A DNA stretch of 64,000 bases from Epiperipatus broadwayi (Eukaryota; Animalia; Onychophora), in the NCBI GenBank assembly GCA_028023455.1, contig JAQFVV010000001.1:30566001-30630000 (forward strand), read 5' to 3'. The notes below the pieces were generated by a model that saw only the letters and a list, made by a program, of their open reading frames with translations, was not told the origin of the DNA and searched no databases. A program made the translations under genes and the position numbers. Positions 14,021 through 26,065 of the stretch are shown piece by piece; position 1 is the first letter of the stretch, and each line of letters begins with the position of its first letter.

Positions 14021-14655
14021 ATAATAATAATTTATTTATTCATTATGAAACAAACAATGAATGTATAATACAGTGAGATAAATTCCATACAAGAAAAATC
14101 TTAAGTGAGGAATTTAAATATAACAACTAAAAACATTAATAAAATACAAAAAAAAAGTATAAATATAACATAAAATATTAAAATCATACAGATATTACAT
14201 TTAGCAATTCAATCACAGTAGTAAATAATTACAACATAATATACAGTATAAACAAAAAAAATTAAAATAAAACTAATGCTTAGCATAATATAACCAATGC
14301 CATAAATGTTTTTTAAAAATCAAATAACTAGTGTTCATTAAATTCACAGAACAATCTCTTATAAACATATTAAATAAATTAGGACCATTATAACTAAATT
14401 GCTTCCTAGTGGATGTTTTAAGAAAATTAAGTAAAGCTAGCTTATATTTAGTAGATAAACGAGTATTTATAACAGAAGAAGTAGTATCCAAATGAAGTTT
14501 CCTACAATAAATATCAAGAATCACTCTATATGTATACAAATGGAAAACATCTAGTATATCAAATGTCTCATAAATATCTTTAACAGATGTGGTACGTGAT
14601 CTACCAAAAATGATACGCATTGTATAATTCTGTAAAACGGACAGAGTAGTCATTA
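14021..14655 (-). mobile_element. second CR1/L2-group LINE 3' fragment inserted at the 5' end of the first
   Basis: ORF 14273-14653 is paralogous to 11379-11738 (QNYTMRIIFGR..TSV.DIY). It has the same type of 3' stem-loop (14081-14114) and a TAA/TAAA tail abutting the truncated EN domain at ~14020. Confidence 0.85.
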
Positions 14656-15269
14656 ATAATAATTTAATTTAATTTATTAAACATATAATCTTGTGATAAA
14701 AAAAATCACACATAATAATAATCATAATAATTATAATAATTTAATTTATTAAACATATAATCTCCTTGTGATAAAAATCATGCATAATAGTAATAATCAT
14801 CATCATCCAAGAAGGCATTCAAATATATTTACAAATAAGTTGGGAATTATAAGACAAAGAGATAAAAATGTTGCAGAACACAATATTTATGTTAATACTT
14901 GGTTACTAATACAACAATGTTCCCACTTTTAACATGAAATGCTATCCTTCAGTGATTTATCAAGGAAGAACAGTATTATAGCAGAACTTATCTCAGTGAT
15001 CGCTTTAATGTGATGATGAACTTGGAATAAATATAAGTATGCAGATCTTGTGAGCCACACTTTAAAACTATTTTTTAATTCTTTTTTTTTAAATTGTCAT
15101 AATTGAATAATACATACTAATATACATGTGGACAAATTAATAATGTAAATGCATAGTTAATAAGATCTTTTGAAAGATGATGATGCTGATAATAATAGTA
15201 ATAATTCTTTTTTTCTTTTTCTTCTTTCTTTTTCTCCTCTTCATCTTTACTGCTATTAATACCTGATAA

Positions 15270-16500
15270 ATTTATTTAAACTAATTTATGTGGTGATATC
15301 TAAACACATTCATTGCTCATGCTTTTTGGTCAGAAGCAACTAGATGTATATTTTGATATGATTCAGGTATTTGATAAAGTTGTACATGATAGACTTTTAT
15401 AAAAGCTTAAAATATTGGGAGTTAATCCTCATTTAATTGCCTGTTTTAATGATTATTTGAGGGATCATAAATATTGTGTGTATGAATAAGGCTAATTATT
15501 GTCTTTTTAATAATATAATAAATGTTCCTCAGGGTGGAATATTAACACCTTTACTTTTTAATATTTTTATGTATGATGTTGATCAAAGCATAAAAAATAG
15601 TATGATACTTTCTTATGCTGATGATTGTAAGTTATTCAAAAGAATTATTATTTATAATGATCACATTGATCGTCAAAGGGATATAGATTATTTTAAGGAT
15701 TGATATAAGTATAATAATATGGAGATTAATAAAACATGCATTGTTTCCTTTACTAATAAAACTGAAAAATCTATTTATCAGTATAAAATTGAGAATGAGA
15801 TTATTATATATAAGGAAATTGTATCTGACTTATAAATTATATTTTGTAATAATTTTATTTTCAATGCTCATATTAAATATATTAATAAAGCATACAGAAA
15901 GATATGATGAGATATGGAAGAGATCTATCTCTTTACATAACATTTATATTATTTATTTCACTTCTTGTGTCACTTTTAGAATATGGTTCTTCTGTATGGA
16001 ATTTGAATTTAATTAATATTGAGTCTAGAATTCATAATGTTGAAAAAAGATTCATTAAATTAATAAAGAGAGAATGTCTAAATCTTAAAACAGTATTGAA
16101 ATAAAGAAGAATGTTGAAAGATATGATATTGTTGAAAAAGTTAATTGATTGGGGAAATTAGTGTGAATGACTGAATATCGAAAATAGAATTAAAAGTACT
16201 AGTCACTTGTTAAGAGAAATTAATACTTTCAATATTACTGAATGTAGAAATACTTTCTTAAGCAAATCAGTTATTAATAAATTGCAATGAATATATAATC
16301 TGAATTTTAATAATATTGATATGTTTATAATCTGTTTATTATTAATGTTAGGAAAGAATTAAGCTTATAATTTACAATATACATGTATATATAATCTTCT
16401 GTATTTTATTTGTAATTGTTTTTTTTTTACTTTTTGTTTATTGTGGATTTTTAAAGTGTAAATGTTAAAATGCACATAATAAATAGATATTGAATTGAAT
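15270..16500 (+). mobile_element. CR1/Jockey-type LINE RT and 3' fragment, degraded
   Basis: QKQLDVYFDMIQVFDKVVHDRLL, VPQGGILTPLLFNIF, SYADDCKLFKRI and LLEYGSSVWN in order with frameshifts; AATAAA/TTGAA-type tail at ~16480-16500. Confidence 0.85.
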
Positions 16501-16550
16501 AATTATTATTATTTTATGATAATGATGCAGTTTTAAATAATTTATTGATA

Positions 16551-16677
16551 TTTAAAGCAAACAATTTATCACTTACTCAAATTAACTAAATTTGAGCATT
16601 AAAGTGGTCTAGGACTTTAGTGCTTAAATTTAATTGATCTGAATAACTGATCATATGAATTATTAGTTTACTTTAAA
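16551..16677. mobile_element. small fold-back (hairpin) MITE-like element
   Basis: Outer TTTAAAGCAAAC/GTTTACTTTAAA and inner AATTTGAGCATTAAAGT/ACTTTAGTGCTTAAATT inverted arms around an 8-nt loop. Confidence 0.6.
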
Positions 16678-16922
16678 TATTAATAAATTATTTAAAATTG
16701 CCTTATATAATAATGAACTTCATTAAAGCAATAATATACAAAATGTTAAGATTTTATGAAATTTTTAAAGTTGAAGTGAATTTTTAATTAATATGAACAA
16801 CATATTAAATCTAATGTCGTGTGATCAAATATAGTATTAAGAATTTTTAAAAAATCTCTTATTTTTATCTATGTTTGAGCATCAATTTCACATAGATCTT
16901 AAAAAGGAATAATAGATGTTTT

Positions 16923-17585
16923 TAAAACAGGCAAAACTCTCCATACAGTATGGCCACTCAGTGCAAGCTAATCAATGGGTGCCAGAAGACTTGTACATAC
17001 TGCATTTAGATCTTAGGATCTAATGCAACCCTCCAGCAGCCCCCTTTTATCTCTATTTAACTACAAAACTATAAGTCTTAAATTGAAAACACAGTAATAT
17101 TTTCAATCCAAGCTTAGTATTGCCACTGATTAGCAATACTGTATGAAGAGTTTTGCCTCTTTTAATAACAGTTGTAAGCAAGCATAAGAAATGGTGATCA
17201 TGTGATGTTTATTGGCTTAAAACCTATCCTGCCAAATAGGATAGTAGTGGCTATGGTTATTAAAGAACCAAAGACACCAAAATGTATAAGTACAGAACTG
17301 AGTTCAGACCTATATGACTATATAAACTAGTGAGCTTGGATTGAAAATATTACTGTGTTTTCAATTTAAGACTCATAGTTTTGTAGTTAAGTAGACATAA
17401 AAGATGGTTGCTGGAGGGTTGCCTTAGATCCTAAGATCTAGGTGCAGTATGCACAAGCCTTCTGGCATCCATTGATTACTCTGGCTTGCACTGAGTGGCA
17501 ACACTATATGAGAGATTTGCCTGTTTTAATAAGTTATAAGCAAGCATAAGAAATGGTGATCATGTGATACTTATTGGCTTAAAAC
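16923..17585. repeat. compound inverted (~195 bp arms) plus direct (~85 bp) duplication
   Basis: 16923-17114 is the reverse complement of 17333-17529, and 17138-17224 directly repeats 17502-17585. Confidence 0.9.
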
Positions 17586-17701
17586 AGATGTTTGAAAAGA
17601 ATAGGTACTGATTGATGAAGGAGGAGGATTTTTTGGTAATCAGGAGCAAAAATATTTATTAAGTAATTAGTTTTAGAAGTGAAAAAGTCATTATTAATCA
17701 A

Positions 17702-17808
17702 GCGTTGTTAGTCGAGAGGTCATCACAGCTGCCTTGCAAGCAAGTAGTTGGTTGCAGATGGTTGTGGGTTCACGTCCCGGCCGATGCTATGACATATGAA
17801 AAAAAAAG
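17702..17808 (+). mobile_element. tRNA-Gly(TCC)-derived short SINE, copy 1
   Basis: GCGTTGTTAGTCGAGAGGTCATCACAGCTGCCTTGCAAGC...GGTTCACGTCCCGGCCGATGC aligns with eukaryotic tRNA-Gly-TCC. It has an ATGACATATG-poly(A) tail and a flanking direct repeat AAAAAG(T/G)CATTATTAAT. Confidence 0.8.
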
Positions 17809-19452
17809 GCATTATTAATGCAGACCAAGTTATCTATTGTCTTTATTTTAAAATGGTGGAAAATGGATGTTGTTATGATACTATTTGTAAAAGATAGGTT
17901 CTGATATTTAGACAGTGAACTAACAAATGAAGATAGTTAATGATTATATAAATTCTTTTAGTTCAAAATAAATATGTGAAAAATTAAATTAATTAAAGTA
18001 AATTAAATTATGCTTTTAATTATACAAAAGTTAAAAAATGAATGAGAATGATTTTTAAAATGAAGATTTAATTACTGAAGAAAATTATAGACATTAATTT
18101 GGCAGTTTGAATTTCATTTAAGTGTATGATGGAATTTCAGTTTTATGTCAGTGAAGTAGCAAATATCAGAAATATTTTGCTAAAATCGATATATTATCAT
18201 TATAGTCAGAGTATTATGTTGGTTAGATGTTTTAAGTCTACTTTAGGCACAGAACTTAAATCCTGGGCTTGTAATTTATATGGAGCAGACATTCAATCAA
18301 TTAGAAAGAGAAGATAAGTGATAGTCACTTTCAGAATATAGTTATAGTGGAAGATAAAAATAATTTTATTTTTTAGGTCAATAGTTTGGGAATTGCTTTA
18401 TTTTTATTTTTTTTGTCACCATTTTCATTGTTTTTTGTTTTGAAGAGATTAAGAAAGGGGAATAAAATTGATTTTATATTTTTTTAGAAGAAAGGGGAAA
18501 TGTCAATCATGTTAAAAGAACTGTGATGGCTGAAAATAATAAAAATAGGTAAAAGTGGTCTTAGGAAAAATTAAATAGGTCATTTTTGAATAATAAAAGA
18601 ATGTGATGGGTTTGTAGGTATTTAAGAAAATGATTATACTTGTATGAAAATTGAAATATTCTTGTAATTCTAAATTAAACTTTAATCAGTTACTAGTTTT
18701 TTAAAGTTAAAAAGTGTAATCTTAGGTGTACAGGCTTTAGTTACACATTTTGGAAATCTTGGTGCTATGAATTTATTAAACTGTTAATCAAAATGAACAA
18801 TGTACATCTTAAAAACTTTTTATCAAATTTAACTTACGATAATCCTCTAAATCTGTGATATTTTAGGTTTGTCTTTAAAACATCTCTATATAAGCAGTAA
18901 TTATTTTTTCTAATAATTTACAGAGAGTTAATTATATTATTTATGTGGAGTTTAATGTATATTTGAATAGTTGTTTTATTATTATTATTTTATAGTTTGA
19001 TATTATCTATTGACCATACTATTATTATCTATTAACTAAATCAATCATCATTATTATGTCAATCTCTCTTTTTTGTTTTCAGTCCTTCAGATTAATACAA
19101 GACCTAATTATTATGAGCATTTCATACCATCAATCATCTCATAGCCCTATAGCAGTAGAATCATTATTAATCCAATCACATTTCTAATTTTTTATTACAT
19201 TCACAAAATTCTAATTATAATTTTTGTTTATTTTTTAATTTTAATTCTTGGTATTTTTATCTTGTTTTTTTGTTTTTTTTTTATGTTTTTTCTCTAGAGC
19301 TAAAATATCCATACTCATTTATGAATGGCTGAGGTTTATTTTTTTTATCATTAATTAGTATAATTATTAAACTTTATTTCTTGTCATTTTATTTTTATAA
19401 TTATTACAATTTTTGAAAATATTTTGTATTTATATGTATATTTTTATTTTAG

Positions 19453-19530
19453 GCATATCCAGAGTACTTGATCACATACCAGATTATGAAACCTGATTCT
19501 GAATCTGAGTCCACCAGCTTGGCATCATGA
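19453..19530 (+). CDS. TNKS: tankyrase (PARP5) terminal coding exon
   Basis: Polypyrimidine tract + AG at 19441-19452, then AYPEYLITYQIMKPDSESESTSLAS*. This matches the conserved tankyrase C-terminus (human ...RGEQ|AYPEYLITYQIMKPE...), with the intron at the position I recall for human TNKS. Confidence 0.9.
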   Translation, partial: AYPEYLITYQIMKPDSESESTSLAS

Positions 19531-22186
19531 CCATAATTAGACAAACATATCACATTAAATATTCATTTGTTCAGCAAGTTTTAATGACTGATATCCCAAA
19601 ATGTCTTTTCTTTTATTTTTTTATATTATTTCAACAAGAAGTTGAAGTTTATATATGAAATATTATTTATTCTTAAATAATTACTCCCTCTCTTTTTAAC
19701 TTAACTTGACCGGTGCTATAAAGCAGAACTGTGAATCACATAGAATTTTACAACTATGAATTTTTGGTTCTACTGTTCCTAGTTAATAAACTGGTATCTG
19801 ATGAAAAGAAAGTTTAGCAAATAGGTATTTTATAGTATACAGAGAATTTTGGGATGCTGTAAATGAATTTCCAATGCAGTTTTATAAATTATGTTGAATT
19901 ATTTAATTAGTTGTGCCTAATTGGTTTTCATTCAGTATATCTGATTGGTTCCAATTATTGTTAATGTTAATTACGTTCCATTCCATGTTATTCGATCATA
20001 AACTTTTCAAAATGGAAAATAATTTCATAATATTCTTTATAAGGCAATGTTAACAGTTGATGAGGGCTTGTTATTAAAATAAATTATAATAATAAAAACT
20101 TCCGTCTATATTTAATTATTATAATAATAATAAAAAGGAATCCTTCTATCAGCTTTTATCTATTAAACATATTCACTTTTCTTTTGACTTTAATATTATT
20201 AAAAAAAAAAAAATCCTTGTTATTAAAATAGTTGTTTGTTGGTTTTTTTCTTATCTAAAAATAAATACAGTCTGGGAAATAAAATAAAATACATTTTGTT
20301 TTAATTCATTCATTATTTCATATTCATAATATTTATTTTTTCTTCCATTTTCCTAAGTTTCATATTCATTTTATTTCACGTAGACAGATGTTTATTTTCT
20401 TTTTAATTATTTATTTGGAGTTTATGAGATACAATTCTTATTGAAAGAAGGAAACTGGAGCATATTTTTATTCTTTTTCTCTGAACCGGATTTTTTTCAT
20501 CATTGGTAAACTCTTCATCTCCACTTATGAAAGAGTCTCAAAACATTATATAAATTGACTGAGACTTTCTTTTTCTCTTTCTCCTCCTCCCTCTTTAAAA
20601 AAAAAAAAAAAAACTTTTAAAATGTCAAAATATTTTGATGTATTTCTTTAAAATAAATATGAAAAAGAAAAATTACAGATTGAATTTTTTTGGAAGGAAA
20701 AAAGAAAAAAGATACTCAGTCAAAAAAAATCCCATTTTGTGTACGATGTTAATTTTGAACATATTTATGACTATAAATAAACATAAAAAGGAAATGAAAA
20801 AAAATCATATTAGGTCATGCATTAAAACAAATGATAAAGAAAGGGTTGGTTTTAAAAAAAATTTTTTTTTTTTTTTTTTTGGAAAGAAACCCTTACATTT
20901 ATATTATCATTACGATTAATGTTTATGTGTATTTGCTAAAATTATATTATTGATGTCCATTGTTTATATTTATTTATTAATTTTTTTGTCATGCAGTTAT
21001 ATTTTTGTTATGTATAAATATTGACTTGATAAAACTTTTTTTTGTTTTTCTAATATTTTGGACTATAATTTTATAAACCAATAGTAAATTATCTTTATAA
21101 TAATTCCTTATATTTATAATGTATTGTTTACATGCACATACTCTTTTTTAAATGAACATACAAAAATTTCTCTCTATATACATGTATGGGGATTTTTATG
21201 AGCAGTATGTATTTGAAATATTTTTAAAAATTACTGCATGGCAAAAAAAAAATGAAATTAAAAAAATTAACTTTTATTGTATTAAATTTCAAATTTGTAA
21301 TTTTAGTATGCATGACCGACAACAACATATTTTTGTATCATCCTATTATTTATGGATATTTATACTATTGTAATAAAATGATTTTTTTTAATGTTGTTCT
21401 TTTATATATATATATTTAGTAGTAGTATTAAGTGATTTTCAAACAACATTTTATTTTTTGCAGCTGCATTATTTTTCTCCATTGCAAAATTACAAGAAAT
21501 TAAATGAATTCAAAAATTTTGTGAATAAAATTAGTGAAACTTTGTTTTTAAATAAAGGGGTGAAACATTTTTAGCTTATGTAGATGCTAAATAATTGCAT
21601 GATATGTCTAGTCTTATCAAAGTAAAGAAAAAAGAATGGAGATCAAATTCTTTTATTGCATATATGCTTTCTTTTGAATTTAATTTTCAGAAGAAAAAAT
21701 CAAGTTGAAAATGTATAATTACATGATTTATTTTCTGACATGTATCTTAAATTGTCAATAGCTATAATAATGATTTATCAGAATGCAGGATCACAACATA
21801 TCACAATGTCACCTGCTTAGAAGATTATTCCAAAATCATCATCATATAGATAGCCAATATATTGATAAACAAAATTTTTGACACAAATATAATTTTTATA
21901 TATAGTATATTAATGTTTTATGTTTTAAAAAAATCGTATATTTAATCATCTTTTATTAAATACAATTTTGCCTTATATTAGTTTTGTAGAAACTTATATT
22001 TTTTTATGGTAGTAAATAAAAATGTTCTGTCCTTAGTGCATCGCCATGTTATAGACAGAAAATTTTATGATAATGAGAAATGATATATATTTTATTTCTA
22101 AATTATTTAATCATATTAAAATCTATATTAAATAAACACAAAAACTTAGTTGAAAAAGAGAAGTTATAAATAAATATAATAAAAAT

Positions 22187-22229
22187 AAGCTAAACGTTTT
22201 CGAGGATCCATGCCTCATAATCATAGCTT
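22187..22229 (-). ncRNA. type I minimal hammerhead ribozyme, A3-U8 core variant
   Basis: Minus strand AAGCT-ATGATTA-T-GAGG-CATGGAT-CCTC-GAA-AACGTT-T-AGCTT. Stem I shows a compensatory G-C to A-U change relative to the 10927 copy. Confidence 0.8.
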
Positions 22230-22500
22230 TCTTAAAAATACATAATAAAATATATACAAAGATATATAAATTAGCACGTGTTACGTGGACCATTTCTTCG
22301 ATATATCAAAGCAAGTGTCTTTTCTATTTATAGCATTAATATTTCCATTAATATAGAATGCTTCTTTTATTTTCCTCTTGTGATCATTTGATTCAGTTCA
22401 TATAATTACAGGATTGGCAGGAGTAAAGTTGTGTCCAGATTTCATGGAATGCTCCAAAAATACAGAAGATATATTGTTGTTATTCTGAGGTCTAATCTAC
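22187..22500 (-). mobile_element. 5'-truncated Penelope-like element, copy 2
   Basis: SSVFLEHSMKSGHNFTPANPVII*TESNDHKRKIKEAFYINGNINAINRKDTCFDISKKWST* is homologous to 10921-11270. Confidence 0.85.
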
Positions 22501-22856
22501 ACCATGCTAAGCCTAATTAAGTCTGCATATATATATGCAAAACATCGCATTAAGCAAATTATTTTTTTTTAAAAAGAGAGATAATTTTTTTGATTAAACA
22601 TTAAGAAAATAAATACATTCACACATATATATAATATGACTAACCACAAGTGTCATTAACTAACCGACATCATGATATGACCATAGACAAAGCATAAAGG
22701 ATAATGACTTAATGTCAAGCATATTGCTAAGCAACCAAGCTTGAAAATGAAAAGATAATTTCAATAAATATTTATCTTAACAATATTACTTCGATGGACA
22801 TTACACAACAATGAAAAATTACGGCAAGCATGGGAAATGAAAGATATCATGTGATC

Positions 22857-23470
22857 CTACCACTTTGTTTTTTTATATTTGCAAATATTGCACGAGAAAG
22901 TCAACATCTCTCGATAGCTACATTTTTAGAATAAAGCAAGATGGATGTATATGTTCAATTCTAGAATGAATTTCAGTTACACAAGATTAAAAGAAATTTA
23001 TTTCATCTACTAATATAAATCAAAATGTAATTATGTCTATACCACTTTGTTTTTTATAATTGCAAAGATTGCATGAGAAAGTCAACATCTCTCGATAGCT
23101 ACATTGTTAGAAAAAAACAAGCTGGATGTATATGTTCAATTCTAGAATGAATTTCAATCACACAAGATTAAAAGGAATTTGTTTCATCCACTAATATAAA
23201 TCAAAATGTAAATATGTCTAGGTGATGAAAGCAAACCGAATGGTAAACTAATTGTAAAGAACTTAAGTTTGGATGAAATCATCGAGAAAAATAAACAGCT
23301 AGAAATCATCAAGAATAGTTGCTTTAATATAAATCAAAATGTAAATATGTCTAGATAATGAAAGCAAACTGAATGGTAAACTAATTGTAAAGAACTCTAA
23401 GTTTGAATAAAATCATCGAGAAAAGATATAAACAACAGCTAGAAATCATCAAGAATAGTTGCTTTATTTT
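22857..23470. repeat. compound tandem array (~182 bp x2 overlapping ~135 bp x2)
   Basis: Unit A ~22857-23039 and ~23040-23220; unit B ~23192-23325 and ~23326-23465. The motif (A/C)TACCACTTT recurs at 22858, 23039 and 23473. Confidence 0.85.
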
Positions 23471-23648
23471 TTATACCACTTTTTTATGCATAGAAACAAC
23501 TATATATACTAAAAAGAATATTGTGATGTGGTCTGGCTAAAGGAGCTATGCTGTAGGAGGCCAGCACAGCTTTCCATGCCCATAGAAGTATCAGAATGTG
23601 TAAGATGCCTTTCTTAATTGAATTCTGATTAAGAATAGTGATCTTTAG

Positions 23649-23751
23649 TGGATCTGTTGCATCTTGTTTACTGGAAACCAAATCTGACAGTGCTGATGAT
23701 CTACAATTTCATAGTGACCAGTACACCACCCGAGGAGATCTATCACCAAGA
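23649..23751 (+). CDS. candidate internal exon of an unidentified gene (GSVASCLLETKSDSADDLQFHSDQYTTRGDLSPR)
   Basis: TTTAG acceptor, 34 open codons of plausible composition and a GTAAGA donor at 23752; locally raised GC. No homolog recognised. Confidence 0.3.
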
Positions 23752-25226
23752 GTAAGAGACTGAATATAATGAACAGTGCTTGCCAGGCTCAGGAATTTAT
23801 TTTATCTATCATATTGATTTATGGGTTTTTTTTTATTTTATTATTTATCATTTTATTTTATTTTATTTTTCGTTTTCATGTTTGGAAGCTTATGTTTAGA
23901 AATTGGAATAGTTTATTTTAAGCGCAAAGGGAGGGAAGTGTTAGATGGAGTAAATATTTTATGATATTAAATAAAATTTAGGTCTACATACCCCTCTAGT
24001 AGCTTGACATCGCCAACCCTGAATATGGGATAAGATTTTGAAGATGTTCCACATTATGATAGTGACCAAACAGAGTTTTTGATATTTATTGAATGTTATA
24101 CTAAAATTTGTTATATTTTTTTTTTTTCCTGTGCATATGACTAACTGTCTTGAATGGATGATATTTCCTATTAACATTATGGAATCACACATAGGTATAG
24201 AGGATGTTTCTCTACTTTAAAAAGAGTGATCATAATCATTGTGAATCAGACAACAAATGTTGCTTTATGATGTGTCTGCAAATAAATTAACTAGCAAGTC
24301 AGATTCACAATCTTCTGAAATATTTTTTTTATATATTATCTTAAACTTTGTAAATAAAGATTACCAGGGTATGGACTTGGATTTGGGATTAGGGTATCCA
24401 TTTCATTTAGCTCTTTAGTGATAGAAAGCCATCTTTAACTCATACAATTATATATGTTAATATTGTTATATTAGATTTGTTCTTTAATAAATGTTGTTGA
24501 GTTATTTCAATCAATTTGGTCTTTACCTTGTCATCATCATCATGCATTCACACCACTAAATATATATATACTTGTGTGTGTGTGTGTATAATAAACATTA
24601 ATATCCATACATCTCTTATTATATGTATACTGATATTAGGAATATTCTGGGAGAGTATGTTAATTGATTCTCGCTTATATAAAGGCACAGTAGTTATTAA
24701 CCTGAGTAAGCCCATCCCTGAAGAGAGCCAAGTGTGAATTCTCCTTGAGATCAAATACTGAAGCATAATGGAGCCAGAAAGAGGGTTGAGATGTGGTCGA
24801 ACTAGTTAAAATCACATCTGGATTTAATGAGTAAACATTGAGCTAGCCCACTGAAGGTAGATGTGATCATAGACTAATTTTGTCACACCATTGCCAGCAT
24901 CCTACCCAAAGACCCCAGGCCTGACCATATTTAGATGAGCTCCCCCTTTCTTGTGACAATGACCGGCCCATTACAATCACTATTACAATATATTCTTTAA
25001 AAAAATTTTATTACGTATATTATATAGCATTTTTTTGTATACTTAGTTGTTTGCTTCCTTTTTTTGTAATGAATTTGATTTTTATTTCAAACTCATCTCT
25101 TGAAGATTTTTTTTTTTTTGGTTATTAACTTGAAATCACTTTACATAAACTAATTATATTTATTATCTTATTTTTTAAAAAAGAATATCTTTTATTGGGC
25201 CTCTATAAATTACTTAGTCATATTAA

Positions 25227-26065
25227 CCTAACGATCGATTGGGATGAATTATTTCATTTTTTGGCCAAGTCACCCCCTGGTGAATTTTTTTGTAAGCATT
25301 ATACTTTAAAATGCGCTTAAAATGGTATCTTTTATTATAATAAATTTTTTGCCCAAAATTTCTGTGAAAAAAGTTCGAAATTCAAAATTCCCACTCTTAC
25401 AATAGACATGCCCTGCCCTGACATGTTCAACCATTGTGTGCTGCCAAGGTTGTAAAACATTCGCCGTTTTATGACATTGAAGTTTCCAATGATGCAAAAA
25501 CATGTTTATTTGTGTATTTATTACGGTTTTAGATTTTTTTTAAAAAATAATTTGCACTATATTTATTAGATATCAAGAAATAAAAATTATTAATAACTTA
25601 TTAGCAGCTAATGTAAATATGGCCTGAAGCAAATTAAAAAATTCTAGCTCTGACATAAACAAGCTAGTTTATTTATGAGTAAGAAAATATAATTTTGCAA
25701 TAAATATTCAAAAAATTTAAACTTTTAAAACATAATTCATTAGATATAAGGGAAATAAATAAATATTCACTCACGTTCTTAAAAATAATGAGAAACAAGA
25801 AATATTATGTTGATTTTATAAACTGAAAATAATCTTTCTAGAAATGATGATGTCTTTGTTTTGATTACGGTCTCATTTTTTAATATTTACAGAAACAAAA
25901 TGTGAACATTTAAAATTTATTTCAATAGTAAACAAAAATATCTATCAAATGAATTCAAATTTATTTTCTGATATGTAATAATCATTTTATCATATATTTA
26001 CATTGATGTGTGAGACAAAGAAAAATGCTGAAATGTAAGCCCCATCAGGCTGCATATTGAAAAGG
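25227..26065 (+). mobile_element. piggyBac-like MITE, copy 1
   Basis: Flanked by TTAA (25223-26 and 26066-69) with CC.../...GG ends; body homologous to 32183-33595 and, inverted, to 57370-57775. Confidence 0.7.

Noticed and set aside
14950-14975. VIYQGR as tankyrase penultimate exon
   Set aside because: Only a 4-5 residue resemblance, with no upstream HHSV/GRPS and no donor site.
17702-17790. Functional tRNA genes at 17702 and 59953
   Set aside because: Insertions disrupt the variable/T-arm, anticodons are mutated, and TSDs plus poly(A) tails show retroposition.
20635-21373. Short ORFs downstream of the tankyrase stop
   Set aside because: Low-complexity K/F/I/N-rich translations of AT-rich, probably UTR, DNA.
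22857-23470. CRISPR-like array
   Set aside because: Units are long whole-unit duplications without unique spacers, in a eukaryotic context with no cas genes.
23693-23762. Box C/D snoRNA (TGATGA...CTGA)
   Set aside because: No terminal stem, C box lacks the upstream purine, and no recognisable rRNA guide next to D or D'.
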